Positions 57,116-64,000 of a DNA stretch of 64,000 nt are shown piece after piece. The position numbers and the translations under genes are program-made. Source of the stretch: a virus; IMG/VR virus record IMGVR_UViG_3300043410_001024, positions 35,682-99,681 of that record; one strand, 5' to 3'. Positions within the stretch are counted from its first letter, which is position 1; the number at the start of each line of letters is the position of its first letter. A model generated the notes under the pieces. That model ran no database searches. It was given only the letters and a program-made list of their open reading frames with translations, and was not told where the DNA came from.

Positions 57116-60100
57116 ATGAGTGCAATAAACAGACAGAATAGATTGCTAGTAGCAGAAGATTGGAAAAAAATATATCAATCTTTTAGAAATGCGGATTTTC
57201 AAAGTTATGATTTTGAGAATTTAAGACGAACAATGATTGATTATATTCGTCAAAATTACCCAGAAGATTTTAATGATTACATTGAAAGTTCTGAATACTT
57301 GGCGTTAGTTGATGTAATTGCATTTTTAGGACAGAGTATTGCATTCCGTGTAGACTTGAATGCTCGTGAAAATTTTTTAGAGCTTGCCGAACGCCGTGAT
57401 AGTGTCTTACGACTGGCCAGAATGGTAAGTTATAATGCTAAACGTAATATTGCAGCAAAAGGATTATTGAAATTTTCAACAATTCAGACCACTCAGAGTG
57501 TAATAGATAGCACAGGAAGAAATCTATCAGGTCAGGTGATAACTTGGAATGATCCATCTAACACTAATTGGTATGACCAATTTATTTCTATTTTAAATGC
57601 GGCATTCCCAACTACTCAACAATTTGGAAGTCCCTCAGATAAAGCAACTATTTACAATATTCCAACAGAACAATATCGGTTTAATTCTGTCAACACCGAT
57701 GTTCCGGTTTATAGTTTCTCAAAAAATGTATCCGGTCGTTCAATGACGTTCGAAATTACTAGTACCACTTTTTCTGGTAAAGAGTTTATCTATGAAGAAG
57801 CCCCAAAACTGAATAATAGAATTGCGTGTGTGTATCGTGATGATGGCCGTGGATACGGTAGTGCTGGTTCAGGATTCTTTTTTAATTTTACCCAAGGTAT
57901 CTTGAATACTGGTACATTTTCAATAGAACAACCTAGTAATAACGAATCGGTGGATATTGATTCTCAAAGTATTAACAATACTGACGTATGGTTATACAAA
58001 TTAGACCAAAATGGGTTAGAATCGACTTTGTGGACACCAGTTCCAAGTCTTGAAGGAAACAATATCATTTATAATAGTTTGAATAAAAATATTAGATCTA
58101 TTTACACTATTACAACTAGAGCTGGGGATGCGGTTAGTTTGGGATTTAGCGATGGTACATTTGGTAATAAGCCATCGGGTAAATTTAGAACATATTATCG
58201 TGTGAGCAACGGATTATCATATTCAATTAACACTAAAGATATACGAAATATTGCAATTTCCATCCCATATCTATCAGCCACAAATCAGCAAGAGGTATTA
58301 AGTTTAACATTAAGTTTAGCATCGTCTGTTGCCAACTCAGAAATGACTGAAACCAACGCATCGATTAAGGCAAATGCACCAGCAAATTATTATACACAGA
58401 ATAGAATGGTAACTGGTGAGGATTACAACATTAGTCCATTAAGTGTTAACCAACAAGTGTTGAAAGTAAAGTCAATAAATCGAGCTGCGAGTGGAATTAG
58501 TAGATATTTCGATTTGGTTGACCCAACGGGAAAATACAGTTCAACTAACTTGTTTGCTGATGATGGTGTATTGTATAAAGAAGAATTTGTAAACACAACT
58601 AAGTTCTCGTACCAGAATAAGACTGATATTGAAGGAATTATTACTAACGTAATTTATGAATTAATAAAAAAACAATCAATTCGTGATTACTATTATTCTA
58701 GATTTGTTAAATTCATATCACAAAGTCTTAATATATCGTGGAATACAGTAACATTAGATGTTACATCATCAACTGGGTACATTGGAAGTGATGCAAATGA
58801 TGGCCAAATCTATGCGGTTGGATCTTATGCTAGTACTGATCTGAAATATTTCAAGCAAGGTGCCTTAGTAAGATTTGCAGCACCAGAAGGGTATTATTTT
58901 GATACTAATAACTCAAATGCATTGGTACTTGGTACTGGTGATGCTGCAGGTGCATCATCATATATTTGGGCTGAAATAGTAAAAGTTACCGATGATGGTA
59001 GAGCACTTGGGAAAGGGGTGTTATCAACTGGGGATGGCCCAATATTGATGAATGTTCCAGTACCGTCTAAGTCTATTATTACACAAATAATACCATCTTG
59101 GAGAACAATAATACCATCTAGTGTTATAACAACAATGGTTGATTTAATTTTTTCAAATAAGCCGTTTGGATTGCGATATGATTCTGACAACCAAGCGTGG
59201 TCATTGATTTTTGAACAAAATTTAAATATCTCGGCTGAATTTAGCTTAGGTAATCAGGGCGATTTGACAAACAAACAAAAGGATGCCAGTTGGTTGTTAT
59301 TGTTTACAACTGATAATGAATTTTACACTGTAACTAGTCGTGAGTTACGCTATGTGTTTGAGAGTGATAAGCAGATTAGGTTTTATTTCGACTCAAATAG
59401 TAGAGTATATGATTCAAGAACTAATACATTAGTTAAGGATTCTATTAGAGTTTTAGGAATTAACACATTACCAGATTCAACCACACCAATGAACCATGAT
59501 TTAGTATGGGAGATTGCTGAACCATATATTGGGTTAGATGGATATGTTGATACTAAAAAAGTTATCGTAACTTTTTCAGATTTTGATAATAACGGTGTTG
59601 TTGATAATCCAGAACTGTTTATCAGCTTAGTTGCGCCCAGTGACAATCCATTAAGTAAGTATATTGTTGAAGAAAAATATGCAATCACGTATGGGCAAGA
59701 TGATTACAGATATATATCTAATAGTTCGTCAACTATAATCGTATTGGATTCAGTACCAGACGATATGTCTAGTTTTACTGATGGGCAATATTTTTATTTC
59801 ACTAATTTAGACACCGTAAAACGCTTGGATAAATCAACCGCTGACTTAGTTCCAACGTTGGATTATCTAGTATATTCTGGTCGAGATTTGCTAAAGTTCC
59901 AATATATTCATAATGCGGACCATGAATCACGTATTGATCCTGGGGTTAGCAATATTATCGATGTATATATTTTAACCAAACAGTACGACATTTCGATGAG
60001 ACAGTGGGTAAACGGTTCATTGACCTCAAAACCGTTGCCACCAAGTACTGATGAACTTTATAACACAATGTCACCATCATTAAGTTTGATAAAAACTATG

Positions 60101-60568
60101 TCAGATGAGATAGTATATCATCCAGTAAAATATAAAATATTATTTGGGACAAATGCCACCCCAGAATTACAAGCCACATTTAAAATTACAAAAACACCGG
60201 GTGTGGTTCTATCCGATAATGACATAAAATCACAAGTGATCACTGCAGTTAACCAATTTTTCGTTTTAGATAATTGGGATTTTGGTGATACTTTCTACTT
60301 TTCTGAATTATCAGCATACATTATGAATAAATTAGCACCAAACATTGCTAATTTTGTAATAGTTCCAGTTAAATCTGGACTATCTTTTGGAAGTTTATTT
60401 GAAATTAAATCAGCTAACAATGAAATATTTATTAGTGGCGCAACCGTAGATGATATTCAAATCATTTCTGGTATTACCGCAAGTAACATTAAATCAGGTG
60501 TTAGCACAAACGCAACAACTGTATCATCACAGCAAGCTATAACAAGTTCATCATATGGGAGTATCTAA
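57116..60568 (+). CDS. gp6: Baseplate wedge protein (T4 gp6-like, 1150 aa)
   Basis: DF.SYDFE.LR..MI.Y...YPEDFND, NARENFL..AERRDSVLRLA...SY, F.DG.FG.KP, IK.NAP..YYTQNRMVT.EDY, WDFGDTFYFSEL. Confidence 0.85.
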   Translation: MSAINRQNRLLVAEDWKKIYQSFRNADFQSYDFENLRRTMIDYIRQNYPEDFNDYIESSEYLALVDVIAFLGQSIAFRVDLNARENFLELAERRDSVLRLARMVSYNAKRNIAAKGLLKFSTIQTTQSVIDSTGRNLSGQVITWNDPSNTNWYDQFISILNAAFPTTQQFGSPSDKATIYNIPTEQYRFNSVNTDVPVYSFSKNVSGRSMTFEITSTTFSGKEFIYEEAPKLNNRIACVYRDDGRGYGSAGSGFFFNFTQGILNTGTFSIEQPSNNESVDIDSQSINNTDVWLYKLDQNGLESTLWTPVPSLEGNNIIYNSLNKNIRSIYTITTRAGDAVSLGFSDGTFGNKPSGKFRTYYRVSNGLSYSINTKDIRNIAISIPYLSATNQQEVLSLTLSLASSVANSEMTETNASIKANAPANYYTQNRMVTGEDYNISPLSVNQQVLKVKSINRAASGISRYFDLVDPTGKYSSTNLFADDGVLYKEEFVNTTKFSYQNKTDIEGIITNVIYELIKKQSIRDYYYSRFVKFISQSLNISWNTVTLDVTSSTGYIGSDANDGQIYAVGSYASTDLKYFKQGALVRFAAPEGYYFDTNNSNALVLGTGDAAGASSYIWAEIVKVTDDGRALGKGVLSTGDGPILMNVPVPSKSIITQIIPSWRTIIPSSVITTMVDLIFSNKPFGLRYDSDNQAWSLIFEQNLNISAEFSLGNQGDLTNKQKDASWLLLFTTDNEFYTVTSRELRYVFESDKQIRFYFDSNSRVYDSRTNTLVKDSIRVLGINTLPDSTTPMNHDLVWEIAEPYIGLDGYVDTKKVIVTFSDFDNNGVVDNPELFISLVAPSDNPLSKYIVEEKYAITYGQDDYRYISNSSSTIIVLDSVPDDMSSFTDGQYFYFTNLDTVKRLDKSTADLVPTLDYLVYSGRDLLKFQYIHNADHESRIDPGVSNIIDVYILTKQYDISMRQWVNGSLTSKPLPPSTDELYNTMSPSLSLIKTMSDEIVYHPVKYKILFGTNATPELQATFKITKTPGVVLSDNDIKSQVITAVNQFFVLDNWDFGDTFYFSELSAYIMNKLAPNIANFVIVPVKSGLSFGSLFEIKSANNEIFISGATVDDIQIISGITASNIKSGVSTNATTVSSQQAITSSSYGSI

Positions 60569-63500
60569 TGGCTGACAGCATCAATCCAAATGCAAATAAC
60601 ATCATCGGTGCAGGTTTTTTACCAAAAATATACCAAACTGAAAGTAATAAAAAGTTTCTACAATCAACTATAGATCAATTATTACAACCAGGAACCGTTA
60701 AGAAAGTTAATGGATATATTGGGCGACAAAATGCCAAGGCATCGACTAGTGATGATATTTTTATTTCAGCGGCAGATGTTACAAGACAAAATTATCAATT
60801 AGAACCGGGCTTTGTTGTAAAAGATACCAGTAATAATATCACATTTTTAAAAGATTACCAAGATTATATCAACCAACTTCAAGTATTTGGTGCAAATGTT
60901 TCAAACCATGAAAGATTGAATACACAAGAGTTTTATAGTTGGAATCCACATATAGATTGGGATAAATTTGTCAATTTTCAAAATTATTATTGGCTACCAG
61001 ATGGTCCAGATATTATTGTGGTTAGAGGACACGAGTTAAATACGGTCACGGAAATGTCGGTGTCGTTGGTAGCTAATTCTGGTAGTAATGTATATGTTTT
61101 CACACCAGATGGAATTACAAGTAATCCAGTGTTGACATTATATAGAGGCCAAACTTATGTAATAAATGTTGATAGCCCAAACAATCCATTTAGTGTAAAA
61201 ACTGAGCGGGTTACTGGTCCATATTCAAGATATTATTCAGATACATTTGATAATGCTGGCATTGAATCTGGACAATTAATTTTTCCAGTCCCATTGGATG
61301 CGCCTGACATATTGTATTACCAAAGTGAGACAGATGTTGATATTGGTGGTGTTATTCATATTTTAGATATTACTGAAAATACAGAGATGGATGTTGCAAA
61401 ATCCATCATCGGTAAGAAATCATATGTATTAAGTGACGGAACCGCTTTTAGTAATGGAATGAAAGTTACGTTTGAAGGAAATATTACTCCAGTAGAGTAT
61501 GCATCTGGTTCATTCTATGTTGAAGGTGTTGGGTCATCTATTAAATTAATTTCTTCTGACATACTTGAGGTGGTTGGGTCGTATACGACCGCTGAAAACA
61601 TATTGTTTGATTCTATACCATTTGACTCAAAACCATTTGCAGATGCGACCTCGTATGCGGGTACACCTGATTATATTGTAATTAACCGTTCTAGCGATGA
61701 CCATAACTATTGGACTAGATATAACCGTTGGGTGCATAAGGATGTAATTGCAAAAAGTGCAAGTAGAAATGGAAAAGTTTCTGTTGAGGATCAATCCGCC
61801 CGTGCGATTCGTCCTATTATTGAGTTTGATGCTAATTTAAAGTTATATAATTTTGGTACTAGCGCAATCCAAGATATTAACATGATTGATACATCAACAA
61901 CCGATGTATTTTCCACGATTGAAGGTGCGTATGGATACAATGTTGATGGTATCCAATTGGCAAATGGCCATAGAATTTTATTCACAGCGGATACTGATAA
62001 GTTAGTACATAATAAAATTTACCAAGTTGAGTTTGTGGATGTATTGCATGAAACCGCAACTCGTACTATTAACACTTACGCAACGAGTACTATCTCAGAT
62101 GGTGATTTAGTTGTGGTTGAAACATCTGAAAATATGATTTTATGGCAACGTATCGTATTTTCTGGCGAAGGGATTGGTAATATCATCCCAGAAAAAGAAT
62201 ATTTTGTGTCATCAATTGTTGATTTAAACACCATTACTATTTCTGAAAAAATAAACACCCCATCGGTTGTTCAACGTAATGATACTGGAAATATGACAGT
62301 TAATGCTGTTTATAGAAAGACATCGCGTCAGATACATTTGAATGAGGTTGCCACTCCAGTTATCAATCAAGTTACGTTAATAAAAGATGGTATCAAGAAT
62401 AAAGGGAAAATGGTATGGTATAATGGTTCAGAATGGGTATTTACACAGGAAAAAACCCATGTGAATCAACCACCGATGTTTGATATCGTTGACGAATTAG
62501 GTATCTCATATGGTGATACCACCAGTTATGTTGCTAGTTCATTTGAAGGTACCAAATTATTTTCATATAAAGTCGGGTCTGGAGCGAATGATACGGTATT
62601 GGGATTCCCGTTGGCGTATAAAAATATTAACAATATTGGTGATATTGTTTTTAATTTTGATTTAGTTACCGATAGTTTTCAATATAATTCACCCACTGTA
62701 AAAACCAAATATACTGATATTGGATTTTTAGTAAAAACAGAGAATAATTCAACCAATTATGTAAATGGTTGGATTAAAAATACTGTTGATATGGTTCAAG
62801 GTGTAGTTAGAATATACAAAAATGCGGAGGTTTCGACCACTGTTGATAGTATTATTACTGATAGATTGTATACGATATATGATTATGTTGATACTGATTT
62901 TTCTGACGCTGGTATTTGGTATTCTGACAACCGAGCTATGTTCATTGGTACTGCCGGTAAGCTTACCGGGTCTGGTATTGTAATACATAATGATTACGTA
63001 TTAGATATGTTTGATGATATCACAATGTTATCTGATTTACGTATCAAAGTATTTGTAAATGGTATATGGATTGCTGATTCTAATTGGACGACTTATGATT
63101 TGCATATGTATAAAGTTGTTAGAATTAACTATGCGTTATCACCAACCGATGTGGTTACGATACGCGCGTACACACAGCAACCGACGAATAGTAAAGGGTT
63201 CTATGAAATCCCAAATAATTTGCAAAATAACCCATTAAACGAAGTTTTAGTTGATTTTACACTTGGTGAAGTAATCGATCACGTAGGGTCTATTGTTCAG
63301 AATATTCAAAATTTTACCGGTATATATCCAGGTGTCAGTAATTTACGAGATGCGGGTAATGTATCATCGTTAGGTACCAAATTTGTACAACATAGTGGCC
63401 CATTTGGATTGTCATTATATCATATTACAACCGAAGTTAATAATATCATTCGAGCTATTGAAAAGAGTCGTGATGATTATGTAAAGTTTAAAAAATTATT

Positions 63501-64000
63501 CATGACAGTCGCAGAAACACTAGGTGTTGAAACTGACCCAGCCAAAATGGTTGATTTAATTTTACAAAAAATTAACAAAGATAAACAAAAGTCGTCACCT
63601 TATTATTTTAGTGATATGGTTCCGTATGGGGCAAAAGTAAAACGTGATTTCACAGTAATCGATGTACGTAACACATTATTCCCATTACTTACTGATTTTA
63701 ATTTATCATCATTGTCAAATAAGGCGGTTGGTGTATATAGAAATGGTGTTCAATTGTTGCGCGAGCATGACTATGAATTTAGTACTGGTGGTTTTGTTAA
63801 CATATTTACACCATTGGTATTAGATGATGTTATAACAATTTATGAATATGACAGTACAGATGGGTGTTATATCCCAGAAACCCCTGCTAAATTAGGTATT
63901 TTACCAGACTATGACCCTAAAATTTACTTGGATACAACATATGTAACACCAAGAACAATGATTCAAGGGCATGATGGAAGCTTAGTCTTAGCATACGGTG
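60568..64000 (+). CDS. Very large baseplate/virion protein (gp7-like position), >1,144 aa, truncated by window end
   Basis: ATG overlaps the gp6 stop (TAATG). Reads MADSINPNANNIIGAGFLPKIYQTESNKKFLQSTIDQLLQPG...; the same frame ends the window as IQGHDGSLVLAYG. Absent from the ORF track, consistent with no stop before the window end. Confidence 0.85.
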   Translation, partial: MADSINPNANNIIGAGFLPKIYQTESNKKFLQSTIDQLLQPGTVKKVNGYIGRQNAKASTSDDIFISAADVTRQNYQLEPGFVVKDTSNNITFLKDYQDYINQLQVFGANVSNHERLNTQEFYSWNPHIDWDKFVNFQNYYWLPDGPDIIVVRGHELNTVTEMSVSLVANSGSNVYVFTPDGITSNPVLTLYRGQTYVINVDSPNNPFSVKTERVTGPYSRYYSDTFDNAGIESGQLIFPVPLDAPDILYYQSETDVDIGGVIHILDITENTEMDVAKSIIGKKSYVLSDGTAFSNGMKVTFEGNITPVEYASGSFYVEGVGSSIKLISSDILEVVGSYTTAENILFDSIPFDSKPFADATSYAGTPDYIVINRSSDDHNYWTRYNRWVHKDVIAKSASRNGKVSVEDQSARAIRPIIEFDANLKLYNFGTSAIQDINMIDTSTTDVFSTIEGAYGYNVDGIQLANGHRILFTADTDKLVHNKIYQVEFVDVLHETATRTINTYATSTISDGDLVVVETSENMILWQRIVFSGEGIGNIIPEKEYFVSSIVDLNTITISEKINTPSVVQRNDTGNMTVNAVYRKTSRQIHLNEVATPVINQVTLIKDGIKNKGKMVWYNGSEWVFTQEKTHVNQPPMFDIVDELGISYGDTTSYVASSFEGTKLFSYKVGSGANDTVLGFPLAYKNINNIGDIVFNFDLVTDSFQYNSPTVKTKYTDIGFLVKTENNSTNYVNGWIKNTVDMVQGVVRIYKNAEVSTTVDSIITDRLYTIYDYVDTDFSDAGIWYSDNRAMFIGTAGKLTGSGIVIHNDYVLDMFDDITMLSDLRIKVFVNGIWIADSNWTTYDLHMYKVVRINYALSPTDVVTIRAYTQQPTNSKGFYEIPNNLQNNPLNEVLVDFTLGEVIDHVGSIVQNIQNFTGIYPGVSNLRDAGNVSSLGTKFVQHSGPFGLSLYHITTEVNNIIRAIEKSRDDYVKFKKLFMTVAETLGVETDPAKMVDLILQKINKDKQKSSPYYFSDMVPYGAKVKRDFTVIDVRNTLFPLLTDFNLSSLSNKAVGVYRNGVQLLREHDYEFSTGGFVNIFTPLVLDDVITIYEYDSTDGCYIPETPAKLGILPDYDPKIYLDTTYVTPRTMIQGHDGSLVLAYG

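Overview
A 64-kb, AT-rich segment of a large T4-like (myovirus-type, probably jumbo) phage genome covering most of the virion morphogenesis region. Left to right: end of a neck gene, a gp15-like tail terminator and a Nudix hydrolase (+ strand); then a ~41-kb minus-strand block holding ~31 kb of fibre/receptor-binding and adaptor genes, the head module (gp23, gp22, gp21, acidic core protein, gp20 portal) and a tape-measure-like gene; a gp26-like hub chaperone (+); a minus-strand island with a ~600-nt structured non-coding region, a GIY-YIG/NUMOD3 endonuclease, gp46/gp47 and a gp55-like late sigma factor driven by consensus sigma70 promoters; and a plus-strand baseplate operon (gp53-, gp27-, gp5-, gp25-, gp6-like, plus a >1,100-aa ORF running off the window). 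T4-type late promoters (TAAATA core) precede most structural units. Best leads: (1) a large, pseudoknotted, terminator-bounded candidate ncRNA right behind the GIY-YIG gene, headed by six AGGCA repeats; (2) a predicted programmed -1 frameshift fusing the gp26-like gene to an uncalled downstream ORF; (3) an ATT start codon with a hairpin-bridged Shine-Dalgarno for the gp15-like gene; (4) a modular fibre system pairing a hydrophobic C-terminal helix with a small beta-sandwich adaptor, including one adaptor split by a ~900-aa insert; (5) structured late leaders and RBS-sequestering hairpins. Family assignments come from motif recognition only; no database search was run.
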